A stretch of 61,489 bases of DNA, filler included. It is 6 parts of 6 records of this genome, joined end to end, with 100 filler letters (N's around TTAATTAATTAA, not from the genome) between each part and the next. Parts side by side here need not be neighbours in the genome. Positions count along the whole stretch, not along the records: positions 29,132 to 36,026 come from SRR31156797_17756; positions 36,127 to 61,489 come from SRR31156797_17772; 4 more parts are not named here. One strand, written 5' to 3'. Shown piece by piece: positions 30,190 through 40,139 of the stretch. Made by a program: the position numbers and the translations under genes. Each line of letters begins with the position of its first letter. Position 1 is the stretch's first letter. A model generated the notes under the pieces. That model was not told the DNA's origin. It did no database searches and saw only the letters and a list, made by a program, of their open reading frames with translations.

Positions 30190-30549
30190 TTGAATTTGGT
30201 TCGGGCCGCTTACCTGGCGTCGGAACGAATACGGATTACGGCTGAATCAGGGGAAAAGGCGCAATATGTTTATCTGAACGCCGCCTTTGACGAGCAAACC
30301 ATAGATGCCCTGCTGGGTGCAGATTCCCGCATGGATGACATGCTGAAAGACATTGACGAGCTGGACAATGACCAGAGAGCGGTATTTTTATCTGTTGCGG
30401 CAACGGCCGGGGAAGAGTTGATGCCCGATATTTTAGATGTGGTTGCTAACCTTGGGAAAGAAGAGGCTCAGACGTTCATGGACGTTTCCCAAACCTATTA
30501 CGCTTACTTTGACCTTCGAAATATGTATTGGTCAGATCATACAGTGTGA
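30190..30549 (+). CDS. Hypothetical acidic protein, possibly a gene fragment
   Basis: Protein-like composition but a TTG start with no clear SD and no recognised family. Confidence 0.35.
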   Translation: MNLVRAAYLASERIRITAESGEKAQYVYLNAAFDEQTIDALLGADSRMDDMLKDIDELDNDQRAVFLSVAATAGEELMPDILDVVANLGKEEAQTFMDVSQTYYAYFDLRNMYWSDHTV

Positions 30550-30630
30550 TGGCCTCCTGGAACCCAAATAGCTTTTTCTCCTGTAAATATAGTATTGACA
30601 ATTATTTTCAGCTTTTTTATGGACCGAATC

Positions 30631-31863
30631 CTAAGGCTTGGCCCTGTGATCTGAACAGCAGGGCTGGCCGGTGTCGGCCGGGAATGGGGTAATGCAGATG
30701 ATGCCCAATAGCAGTACCCCCACGGCTGCGGCCGACACCAGGGTGCCGTAAAAGGGGTCATCAAATAATCCGCCTCCCAGGGGAAGCACCACCAGGACCC
30801 CGCCGTAACAGGCTCTGCCCATAAGGCTGAGCAAGGAGAGAAACGTGGCTCGTTCCTCCTGCTCCAGCAAAGGGGTAAGTTCCGCATTTATCAGGGGAAC
30901 GGATATGGCTTTTGGCAGGGTCCGGCACATCAGGAGAATGGCCACGGCCGGATGGATCAAAAGCGCCATAATACCGGTGAGAACTGCCTGAAAAAGCAGA
31001 CAGCCAATCAGCACAGGCCGTATGTGGCAGTGGTGGGTGATCTGCCCCGGGATTCTAGTGAGGAAACTGCCCAGCAGCATTGTGGCGGCCAGGTGAATCC
31101 CGGCAAGCCCGGGGGTGATCTCATAGCCCAGCCCCATGGATAGAATCACCCGCTCTAAAAAGGGCTGGTAGAATTCATAGGAAAAGTGAACCAGGATGGT
31201 CATAAAAACCGCGTACAGGGAAAAGAATCGGAACCGTCTTTGCCAAGCCTTTTTGGCCATCAAGACCACCTGGGTGGCAAACCGCCGGGGATGGCCGGAA
31301 TTGGTTTGGGTTTCGGCTATTGTCAGGACGATTCCCAGGCTGACCAGGGCGCTTAAAAAAGAGGCCCCATAGATCCAGCGCAGGTGGTGAACGGCCAGCC
31401 ACCCGCCCACAAGGGCGGCCAGAGCACCGGCAAGAAATGAAAAAGAGAGGGCCCGGCCCTCACGGTTGGCATATTCATCCTGCCGGTCCAGACTCTCCAG
31501 AATTTCATAGTGCAGAGCCGTATCAGTGCCTGATGCAAAGGCAAATCCGGTTGCCAGGAGCAGCTGGGCTGCGGCATACTGGGTGAAACTGCTGCCGGTG
31601 AAAAACAGCAGGTAAGCCAGGGATAGGCTAGCCGAGGAGATCACCAGGACTTTTTTCCGGCCCAGGGTGTCGGACAAGTACCCTGATGGCACCTCCAGCA
31701 GCGCCACCCCTGCATAATAGACGGCTTCCAGCCACAGCACCTGGGGCAGGCTCAAGACCGATGAAAAATAGAGGAAAAAGGCCGGTCCCCAGAAATAGCA
31801 GTCCCGAAAAAAAAGGTACCAGGGGTAGCGGGACAGGCTGGTGGCCAGGGCATTTTTTTTCAT
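30631..31863 (-). CDS. MFS transporter
   Basis: EVPSGYLSDTLGRKK and ASGTDTAL.YE; about 12 TM; starts 4 bp after the repressor stop. Confidence 0.9.
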   Translation of the reverse strand: MKKNALATSLSRYPWYLFFRDCYFWGPAFFLYFSSVLSLPQVLWLEAVYYAGVALLEVPSGYLSDTLGRKKVLVISSASLSLAYLLFFTGSSFTQYAAAQLLLATGFAFASGTDTALHYEILESLDRQDEYANREGRALSFSFLAGALAALVGGWLAVHHLRWIYGASFLSALVSLGIVLTIAETQTNSGHPRRFATQVVLMAKKAWQRRFRFFSLYAVFMTILVHFSYEFYQPFLERVILSMGLGYEITPGLAGIHLAATMLLGSFLTRIPGQITHHCHIRPVLIGCLLFQAVLTGIMALLIHPAVAILLMCRTLPKAISVPLINAELTPLLEQEERATFLSLLSLMGRACYGGVLVVLPLGGGLFDDPFYGTLVSAAAVGVLLLGIICITPFPADTGQPCCSDHRAKP

Positions 31864-31867
31864 GGGG

Positions 31868-32140
31868 TCACAGGTATTTGGTGATTTCAGCCAGTTCGGC
31901 ATGGATTTCCCGGGCAGACCGGTGCTGAAGTGCGCCCGGGGTGAGGCAATGATCGATATGGTCCCGTATCAACACCTGCTTGGCATTGTAAACCGCTTTT
32001 GATACGGCCTGAAGCTGCCGGGCCACCTCAGTGCAGTGCTGCTCTCCTTCGATCATCTTGATCACCTTGTTCAGGTGACCCCGGGCCTTTTTGAGCCGCT
32101 GGACAATGGCCTCGTGGTTGGGGTGGGCTGTATCTGTCAT
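31868..32140 (-). CDS. CsoR/RcnR family metal-sensing repressor (NreA-like)
   Basis: H..IVQRLKKARGHL..VIKM, C.EVARQLQAV and DHIDHCL; SD AGGAG. Confidence 0.9.
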   Translation of the reverse strand: MTDTAHPNHEAIVQRLKKARGHLNKVIKMIEGEQHCTEVARQLQAVSKAVYNAKQVLIRDHIDHCLTPGALQHRSAREIHAELAEITKYL

Positions 32141-32172
32141 GAGAAACTCCTGTTGGTCTACTGTTTTAACCT

Positions 32173-32191
32173 TATCCCCCCCATGGGGATA
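32173..32191. promoter_or_regulatory. CsoR/RcnR-type operator
   Basis: TATCCCC-CCCAT-GGGGATA: C and G tracts flanked by inverted AT bases, about 33 bp upstream of the repressor. Confidence 0.75.
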
Positions 32192-32954
32192 TGTGCATGT
32201 TGCTCTTGTTTTAAGGTTTTGTCAACCGAAGAGATGATTGTCATAGTCGTAAAAGTAAATTGAACGACCCTATTCTGTATAACTCCCATGCTCCTGGATT
32301 TTCCAATGTTCCGGATCAGGGTATCGGCAGTGGGCAAAAGCTGGACTACCTGCTGGTTTTTAGCGAAATGTTGAACAGGGCGGCGTTGAGGCTCAGCCGG
32401 TTGCCAAATCATGTGGATTTGACCCAGGCATAGGTCATGAGATCTCCGGTCTACTGGTATGTCACCTGAAGCTTGGGCAAAAAAGCATCGCTGGTATCAG
32501 ATGCATCAATCCGGGTTTGGGAAAAAGAGAGGAACGAAGCAGAGAGGTCCGCCCAGAATTCGGGGTACAAATTCGGGGGACATCAAACTTAATTTTAGTT
32601 ATGACTATTTTTGTCTGGTGTCCGTATGCCATACAGCTGTAGTTCTGGCAGATTTAAGTTCTGTGGGGAAAATTGTTCGTACTCCTTTTTAGCACCGGGA
32701 AGCAGCGTCTGAATTCGGAGAACATTTTATTAATTTCACTGACCATCACACCCGATTCCTTTTTGGGGCAAAAATGCTCCCGATCCGGGTAGAAACCATT
32801 TGTAGTTTTGTGTTAGGGGGGTCTTATTTTGATGAGATATGTAAGTGATGTTTGACATGCTGGGCCAGTCTTATGAGGTGTTCCTGGAAGGAGGTCCCGG
32901 CCACACAGTGCTTAAAAAGGGTCCGTCAAAACCATAAATTATAAAGGATTTAAA

Positions 32955-34971
32955 ATGAAGATGATAAAAAGAGCTGTCACATATGCCCTGTTGATCTGCA
33001 TGTATGGCGCGGCAAGTGTATGTGCCCAGAGCACAGATGACAGCAAAACCATTGATACTATCGTTGTCACAGCCAACAAAACAGAAGAAAACGTGCAGGA
33101 TCTATCGAGTTCCATCACTGTTTTCAGCGAAAATAGTATTCAGGACCTCAGGATTGAAAATATCAGTGATATTGCTATTTTTTCACCAAATTTTACCATG
33201 TACGAAAATGGAGTTACCGGTGCCAACACCCCAGCCATGCGGGGCATGTTCGCAGATCTGCACAGTCATTCAGTATCTGTGGGGCTTTATGTGGACGGTG
33301 TGCCGATTTTAGACGGCATGGGATATGAGCAGGCATTGCTGGATGTTGAACGAGTAGAGGTGCTAAAAGGCCCCCAGGGGACCTTATACGGCAAAAGCGC
33401 AGAAGCAGGAATCGTTAACATTATCACAAAAGACCCGGATACCACTTTCAGCCGAAATTGGGACAGAAGGGAAAATCAAGGCTTCCGGCACTGTTTCCGG
33501 TGCCCTTATTAATGACAGGTTATATGCCTCTTTGTCATTTTTACATGACCAGAAAGACGGGTGGGTTGAAAACACCTCCGGGGATACGGTTGATGATATT
33601 AAACAGGACTATATTGCCGGTAAATTAAGGTTTACTCCCACCGATGTTTTGGATATTGTTTTTTCCACTAACTTTCTCAAGTACGATAACGCCCAGCCCC
33701 ACATGAACCTCACGGATATGGGCAATGCCATGTACGGGCTTGAGGCCACCCCGGACCGGGTTGTTACCACTGATTTTGACGGATATGATAAAACCAGCAC
33801 CGAGTCTTATTCTCTGAGGGTTAATTACGAAATTTCAGAAACCATGGCATTGTCTTCAACCTCAGCCTATCGAAAAGTCAGCATGGACTCGTTGCTGGAT
33901 TATGATTTCAGCAACATGGAATATTTGCACTTCGACAACAATAACGAGCTGTCAAGGCTTTCAGAAGAATTACGGTTTTTTTCTGTTAATACTGATGTGA
34001 AATGGGTGGCAGGGGTTTATGCGGATAAAGATTGGGTAAAAGAAGATTACGCCTGTTATAGTGTGATGCCCTCAATGTCCATGACAGTGGATGATGCTGA
34101 AATGGAAGGCCGGTCATGGTCTGCATTTGCACACATTAACTATCCAATCGGCAATTTCAGCGTTCTTGGTGGTATTCGTTACGATGCCCAGCGAAAAGAG
34201 TTTAATCAACCAAGCTATGGGATCTACCTTGACGAGAACTGGAGTGAAGTTTCTCCGAAACTTGGACTGGAATACAAAGTTACCAACGAGTCCATGGTCT
34301 ACGCAACCGTATCAAAAGGATATCTGTCCGGCGGATTTAATGTCTATGCCAGAGATCCCAACTATATGTCCTATGACGAAGAAAAACTTATCTCTTATGA
34401 GATAGGTGCAAAAAACAGTTTTTTTAATAATAGACTGATATTGAATGCCGCTGTGTTCTATATGGATATCAATGATGCTCAGATCCAGGAAAGCCTGAAT
34501 GCAGCCACTACTTATACGACCAATGCAGCTGAAGCCAGCAGCAAGGGTGTCGAAATTGAAGTTGTTTTCACCCCTGTAAAAGGCCTGACCCTGAATGCAG
34601 GATTTGGTTATGTTGATGCCGTGTTTGATGATTTCAGTGATTCTGAAGGAAATTATGACGGCAATAAAAGGCCTTTTGCACCGGAGTTTACCTATAATGT
34701 AGGCGCAGTATACAGGGAACAGTCCGGATGGTATTTGGGAGGCAATGTTGCAGGTGCAGGCAAATCCTATTCAGACAAAAACAATCTGTACGAAAGAGAA
34801 GCATTTGCCCGTGTTAATTTAAAAATCGGATATGAAAAAGAAAAATTCGATATCTATCTTTACGGTAATAATGTTTTTGATCAGGAGACCAACACTGTTT
34901 CTGTGGACGGACTTTATACAATTTACAACAAGCCTGCTGAATACGGTGTCATGCTGACATACAGGTTATAA
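32955..34971 (+). pseudogene. TonB-dependent receptor split by a frameshift near 33450
   Basis: The signal peptide and plug (IVVTANK, ERVEVLKGPQGTLYG, NIITK) are in one frame. SAEIGTEGK..SGALINDRLYASL continues in another frame into the barrel ORF ending YGVMLTYRL. Confidence 0.85.
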
Positions 34972-35000
34972 TTACAAAGCCTTATCACGAGGTTCTAAAG

Positions 35001-35037
35001 AAAAGGGGAGGCAGCTTTTCCGTGCTGCTTCCCTTTT
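35001..35037 (+). terminator. Intrinsic terminator after the TBDR
   Basis: AAAAGGGGAGGCAGC...GCTGCTTCCCTTTT. Confidence 0.8.
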
Positions 35038-35234
35038 GAATACAGGATCAAATAGACCAATCTGAGCGGACAATGAGATGTTGAACAAAACCGCTTCGCG
35101 GAAAGACCCAGCCCTGTTTGGATTTTGCCTTTCAAAGGTTAACCAACCGTCCCTACCATAATCGACCTTCAAATTTGCCTTTAGTTGTTTCATCATTTTC
35201 CTGAATACTCACCCATAATATTCAGGAGGTAAGA

Positions 35235-36026
35235 ATGACGGAACTTCGACAGAAATTTGAGAGGCATATGAATCTTCATCGGTTATCACCAAAGACCCAT
35301 GACGCTTACATGAACGCTGTTACATCGCTTGCAGTTCACTACAAAAAGTCGCCGGACCAATTGGCGGATTCCCAGATTCAAAACTATCTGGACTATCTTA
35401 TCGCCGACCGTCAACTGGCCTGGAGCACTTGCAACGTTCAGTTTTCAGGAATCAAAAGATTTTATAAGCATGTGCTACACCGAGAACCGAACCTATCCAT
35501 ACCGCCCAGGCCAAAAGAAAGGAAAATTTTCATGGCCTTAAGCCGGGAGGAAGTCGAACGTATCCTGGCCGCATGCAATAATCTTAAGCACTACACCCTT
35601 CTTCTGGCTGTTTACAGTGCAGGGCTGAGGGTAAGTGAGGTCGTCAAACTCCAACCGATCCACATTGAAAGATCCCGCAAGATGATTCGGATCGAACAAG
35701 GCAAAGGAAGAAAAGACAGGTATACGGTGCTATCGGACACTCTGCTAAAAACCCTGGAAGAATATTGGCGGGCTTATTGGCCTGACACGTGGATTTTCCC
35801 CGGTCAAACCCAAAACAAGCATCTGTCCATCGACGCTGCACAGCGAATTTATTACAAGGCCAAAATGAAGGCCGGGGTGGAACGGGGAAAAGGCATCCAT
35901 ACCCTTCGCCACAGCTTTGCGACTCATCTTCTTGAACAGGGAACCAGGACATACGTGCTTCAACAGATGCTGGGTCATAAATCGATCAGAACAACCGCCA
36001 AGTATCTTCACATCAGCAATGAGGCC
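35235..36026 (+). mobile_element. Tyrosine recombinase/integrase (3' partial), of the type usually paired with IS91-like transposases
   Basis: N-terminal SAM-like domain; YSAGLRVSE, GKGRKDRY, HTLRHSFATHLLE, LGH and TAKY; SD AGGAGG. Confidence 0.88.
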
Positions 36027-36126
36027 NNNNNNNNNNNNNNNNNNNNNNNNNNNNNNNNNNNNNNNNNNNNTTAATTAATTAANNNNNNNNNNNNNNNNNN
36101 NNNNNNNNNNNNNNNNNNNNNNNNNN
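36027..36126. other. Artificial contig linker
   Basis: N-TTAATTAATTAA-N. Confidence 0.99.
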
Positions 36127-36244
36127 CATTGATGATGTAATTGAGCCAAGAAATACTCGTTTCCGTGTGATTCGCGCATTCCAGTCATTACAGACTAAGA
36201 AGTTGGTGAATCCTCCTAAGAAACATTCTAATATTCCATTGTAA
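36127..36244 (+). CDS. mmdA: Acyl-CoA carboxyltransferase subunit (MmdA/PccB-like) C-terminus, partial
   Basis: Hand translation IDDVIEPRNTR...PPKKHSNIPL*. Confidence 0.88.
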
Positions 36245-36255
36245 AAAATCGTTCT

Positions 36256-36606
36256 ATGTTAATGAATATTTTATCTATAGGAAGTCAGGGCGGATGGACA
36301 ATTGCAATTGTAGGGTACTCTATCGTATTTCTTGCGTTAGTATGTCTGGTATTTGTGTTCATCAACTTACCAAAACTATTGCAGCTTAACTTGAGAAAGA
36401 AGCTTGTGAAAGAAGGTAAGCCTTGCGCAGATGTTGATGATTTGAACATCGAAGGTAATGTTAATGCTGCTATTGCAATGGCTTTGCATATGCACTTTAA
36501 CCAACTTCACGATGAAGAAAGTAATATCATCACAATTAAAAAAGTTACTAAGAATTATTCTCCATGGAGTTCTAAGATTTATGGAGTAAATAATCAACCA
36601 AGATAA
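36256..36606 (+). CDS. mmdD: OadG/MmdD family decarboxylase subunit
   Basis: Single TM (GYSIVFLAL), AAIAMALH, HDEES and SPWSSKIYG. Confidence 0.85.
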   Translation: MLMNILSIGSQGGWTIAIVGYSIVFLALVCLVFVFINLPKLLQLNLRKKLVKEGKPCADVDDLNIEGNVNAAIAMALHMHFNQLHDEESNIITIKKVTKNYSPWSSKIYGVNNQPR

Positions 36607-36611
36607 ATAAA

Positions 36612-37034
36612 ATGAAGAAGTTCAAATTTACGATAAGAGGGCAGGAATACGATGTGGAAATCAAGGATTTTCAAGGATCGAATGCCAAAATTGAAGTGAA
36701 CGGAACAAACTATGATGTTGATGTACATGTTGAAGAGAAAGCATCTAAGACTCCAAGATTAGTTCGTAAACCTGTAGTTAACAAGCCAGGTGAAGGTAAA
36801 ATCCAAAAAGGTGCTGCCGGATCAGCTGTTGTTAAAGCTCCACTTCCAGGTAGCATTATTAAAATCAACGTTGCTGTTGGTGATACCATTAATCCAGGAG
36901 ATACTCTATTGGTGATGGAAGCAATGAAGATGGAAAATAATGTTATGGCTGAAAAAGGAGGTACTGTTAAAGCCATTAAGGTTGCAGTTGGTGATAGCGT
37001 ACTTCAGGACGATGTTCTTGTAGAAATAGCATAA
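36612..37034 (+). CDS. mmdC: Biotin carboxyl carrier protein
   Basis: KAPLPG and EAMKMEN. Confidence 0.92.
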   Translation: MKKFKFTIRGQEYDVEIKDFQGSNAKIEVNGTNYDVDVHVEEKASKTPRLVRKPVVNKPGEGKIQKGAAGSAVVKAPLPGSIIKINVAVGDTINPGDTLLVMEAMKMENNVMAEKGGTVKAIKVAVGDSVLQDDVLVEIA

Positions 37035-37067
37035 CATTATTGATATATAAAGTCAAAGACTTACATA

Positions 37068-38702
37068 ATGAGAAAACTTTATACAATGTTATTCTCAATG
37101 ATTTTAATGATGGGATTCGCTTTGAATTCCATAGCTCAAGATCAGGGGAATAATGAAGCGAAACTGACAGAAGGAAAATGGATTAACCATCAAGATGGTT
37201 ATATTCCTAACCCTCTTGGCTTATCGGATAAAACTGTTAAGCGTTATAAAATTATTGAGTTCAAAGCGGATAAGTCGTTTACAATGGACTCGATTAAGCA
37301 AAGATTTACTGGGCATTGGAGCATGGATGGTAATACCCTGACTATGTCCTTCAATCCAAAAGAAGTAACTCATTTGTTTAAAAATTCAGATCCTAATTCA
37401 GGTTCAAATGCCTATGTTACTACTAAGGAAATTCTTCAAATTAACGAGCGTGTTGCCAAATTAGAAGGAAATAATTTGAACTTCGGTAACCCTGTATTAG
37501 ATTGTGAACGTGAAGCGAGTGCTATCGTTGGCTTGAAAAACTTTTATGAATTTACTGGATTCGCAAACGTTACCGGCGGTCACTTGTTGATGGTGCTTAT
37601 TGGGTTGATTTTCATATTCTTAGCGATTAAGTATGATTACGAACCTTTGTTGCTGATTCCAATTGGTACTGGTATTATCATTGGTAATATTCCAATGTTC
37701 CAGGCTGTTGATTTCAACTTGAAATTAGGTATTTATGAGCCAGGATCGGTGATGAATATTCTCTATTCCGGGGTTGTGAATGGATGGTATCCACCATTGA
37801 TTTTCTTAGGAATTGGTGCAATGACCGACTTCTCATCATTAATCTCGAATCCAAGATTGATGGTGTTAGGAGCAGCTGCTCAGGTTGGTATTTTTGCTAC
37901 TTTCTTAGGTGCTTTGGCAATGGGATTTGCTCCACCTGAGGCTGGTGCGATTGGTATTATTGGTGGTGCTGATGGTCCTACGGCTATTTTCTTGTCATCA
38001 AAACTTGCCAATGGTATGAATGTAATGGCAAATGGTGAAACGGTGAAGAACTTGATTGGACCTATTGCGATTGCAGCTTATTCATACATGGCATTGGTTC
38101 CTGTAATTCAGCCTCCAATTATCAAGTTATTAACAACTAAGAAGGAGAGAAAAATTAAGATGAAGCCACCACGTGCGGTAACTCGTCTTGAGAAGATAAT
38201 TTTCCCTATTGTTGGTTTGCTGTTAACAGCTTATATTTCACCAACAGCTGTGCCTTTATTGGGAATGTTGTTCTTTGGTAACTTGTTAAAAGAATCGACC
38301 GTAACAAATCGATTGGCTGATACAGCAAGTAATGCATTGATTAATACTATTACTATTTTATTAGGTGTGACTGTTGGTGCATCAACTCAAGCTGATGTAT
38401 TCTTAACAAAGGATTCTATCATGATCTTTGGTCTTGGAGCTGCTTCATTTATTGTAGCTACAGCTGGTGGAGTTATTTTTGCTAAGGTTATGAACTGGTT
38501 TTCGCCAAAAGATAGACCTATTAATCCGATGATTGGTGCAGCTGGAGTATCTGCTGTTCCTGATAGTGCACGTGTTGTACAGGTAATGGGATTGGAAAAT
38601 GATCCTACGAATCACCTGTTAATGCATGCAATGGCTCCGAATGTTTCTGGAGTTATTGGATCTGCTGTTGGAGCAGGTATATTGTTGAGTTTCTTGATGT
38701 AG
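37068..38702 (+). CDS. mmdB: Na+-translocating decarboxylase beta subunit with N-terminal exported domain
   Basis: YEPLLLIPIG, GIGAMTDF, IGIIGGADGPTAIF, AYSYMALVPVIQPP and GVSAVP, preceded by a signal peptide and about 130 soluble aa. Confidence 0.93.
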   Translation: MRKLYTMLFSMILMMGFALNSIAQDQGNNEAKLTEGKWINHQDGYIPNPLGLSDKTVKRYKIIEFKADKSFTMDSIKQRFTGHWSMDGNTLTMSFNPKEVTHLFKNSDPNSGSNAYVTTKEILQINERVAKLEGNNLNFGNPVLDCEREASAIVGLKNFYEFTGFANVTGGHLLMVLIGLIFIFLAIKYDYEPLLLIPIGTGIIIGNIPMFQAVDFNLKLGIYEPGSVMNILYSGVVNGWYPPLIFLGIGAMTDFSSLISNPRLMVLGAAAQVGIFATFLGALAMGFAPPEAGAIGIIGGADGPTAIFLSSKLANGMNVMANGETVKNLIGPIAIAAYSYMALVPVIQPPIIKLLTTKKERKIKMKPPRAVTRLEKIIFPIVGLLLTAYISPTAVPLLGMLFFGNLLKESTVTNRLADTASNALINTITILLGVTVGASTQADVFLTKDSIMIFGLGAASFIVATAGGVIFAKVMNWFSPKDRPINPMIGAAGVSAVPDSARVVQVMGLENDPTNHLLMHAMAPNVSGVIGSAVGAGILLSFLM

Positions 38703-38725
38703 TCAAACATCATATTTTATATTAC

Positions 38726-38758
38726 AAAGGATTGTCGTTTTCGGCAATCCTTTTTTTT
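38726..38758 (+). terminator. Terminator of the mmd operon
   Basis: AAAGGATTGTCG-TTTT-CGGCAATCC-T8. Confidence 0.88.
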
Positions 38759-38912
38759 GTTGTTAAAGTGAAAAATGTCATTGTTTTCTAATGCTTGAAG
38801 TGTTATATTTATATCAACTAATTATTAGATGTAAATGGTTTTAATGGGAGAGGCGGGAGAATTAGTAGATTTTCCGTTTCTCCTTTTCTTTTGGTCTTAA
38901 TTTTCCGAGCTT

Positions 38913-40139
38913 ATGGATGATAAATTAAGAATTGGAGTGACCGGGAATTTCGATTCTAAAATAAGAGGTGACTGCAAGGTTCAAATTAAACTTCTACATT
39001 CAGGAGGAATTGCTTTAGAGCTTCATTCTAAAGTAAAAGCCTTTTTCAGTAAATCCATTACTGAATTGGTCACGGATATGACCAATTATTTTTCAATTAA
39101 GCATGCAGAAATAACAATTTGGGATGGTGGAGCATTGGAGTATGTAGTTGCCGCCCGTATTGAGGCTGCAATAAAGCAAATTATTGTAACTGATAAAGAA
39201 TTCCTTTTAAAACCTATTGCTGAATGTACTGGAATATCGAAACGTGATAGGTTTCGGTTTTCTCGATTGTACCTTCCTGGAAATACCCCGTATTTGATGA
39301 TTAATGCTGGCTTGCATAAGCCAAATGGCTTAATTCTAGATCTTGAGGATGCAGTTGCTCCAGAGAAGAAAGATGAAGCACGTTACGTTGTAAGGAATAC
39401 TTTGCGTTCACAAAAATTTTATGGAGCAGAGCGTATGGTTCGGATTAATCAAGGAAAACTGGGAATGGAAGATTTGGATTTCATAGTGGCTCATTCTGTA
39501 CAGCTAATATTGATTCCTAAGTGCGAAAGTGTTGATGATGTTCAGCAAATTGATCAGAAAATCAATCGTATTAAAAAGGATAAGAGTATTGATCGTGAAA
39601 TTTATTTAATGCCTATTATTGAAAGTGCACTTGGTGTTGAAAATGCCTTTTCTATTGCAAATGCATCTGAGAGTATAGTTGCTATGGCAATTGGTTTAGA
39701 AGATTTTACTGCTGATATTGGGGTTCAGAGAACTATTAATGCACAAGAATCGCTTTATGCACGTATGAGAATTGTGAATGCTTGTCATGCAGCTAATATT
39801 CAAGCTATAGATTCTGTTTTTTCTGATGTTGCTGATATGGATTCTTTAGCAAAGAACGTTATAACTTCTAAATCCATTGGTTTTCAGGGAATGGGATGCA
39901 TTCATCCTAGACAAATAAGAGTTATACATGAAAATTTTGCTCCTGATGAACTTGAAATAGAAAAGGCGATGAAAATTATTAATGCATTTCATAAGGCTCA
40001 AGAAAAAGGAATGAACGTTGTAGCTTTAGGAAATAAGATGATTGATCCGCCTGTTGTAAAAAGGCAATTGAAATTATTGGATTTAGCTATTGGTTTAGGA
40101 ATTGTAGATTCTAATTGGAGGGATTCATATGACTGTTAA
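38913..40139 (+). CDS. Fused citrate-lyase ACP-like (CitD) and citryl-lyase (CitE) protein
   Basis: The first ~90 aa are CitD-like (GIALELHSKV, DGGALEYVVAARIEAA). CitE motifs follow: LYLPGN, ILDLEDAV, VRIN, IPKCES, IGLEDF, CIHPRQI and MIDPP. Confidence 0.85.
   Translation: MDDKLRIGVTGNFDSKIRGDCKVQIKLLHSGGIALELHSKVKAFFSKSITELVTDMTNYFSIKHAEITIWDGGALEYVVAARIEAAIKQIIVTDKEFLLKPIAECTGISKRDRFRFSRLYLPGNTPYLMINAGLHKPNGLILDLEDAVAPEKKDEARYVVRNTLRSQKFYGAERMVRINQGKLGMEDLDFIVAHSVQLILIPKCESVDDVQQIDQKINRIKKDKSIDREIYLMPIIESALGVENAFSIANASESIVAMAIGLEDFTADIGVQRTINAQESLYARMRIVNACHAANIQAIDSVFSDVADMDSLAKNVITSKSIGFQGMGCIHPRQIRVIHENFAPDELEIEKAMKIINAFHKAQEKGMNVVALGNKMIDPPVVKRQLKLLDLAIGLGIVDSNWRDSYDC

Noticed and set aside
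32751..32950. Riboswitch or AraC-type repeats (CCCGATTC/CCCGATCC) upstream of the TBDR
   Set aside because: No cobalamin or TPP consensus visible, and the repeats are too short to support a call.
6155..36126. Repeated TTAATTAATTAA motif flanked by N runs
   Set aside because: Artificial scaffolding linker, not a repeat family or CRISPR.
17291..38702. Functional link between the GGADGPT mini-protein and the mmd operon
   Set aside because: They are on different contigs, probably from different phyla; co-occurrence in this window is chance.
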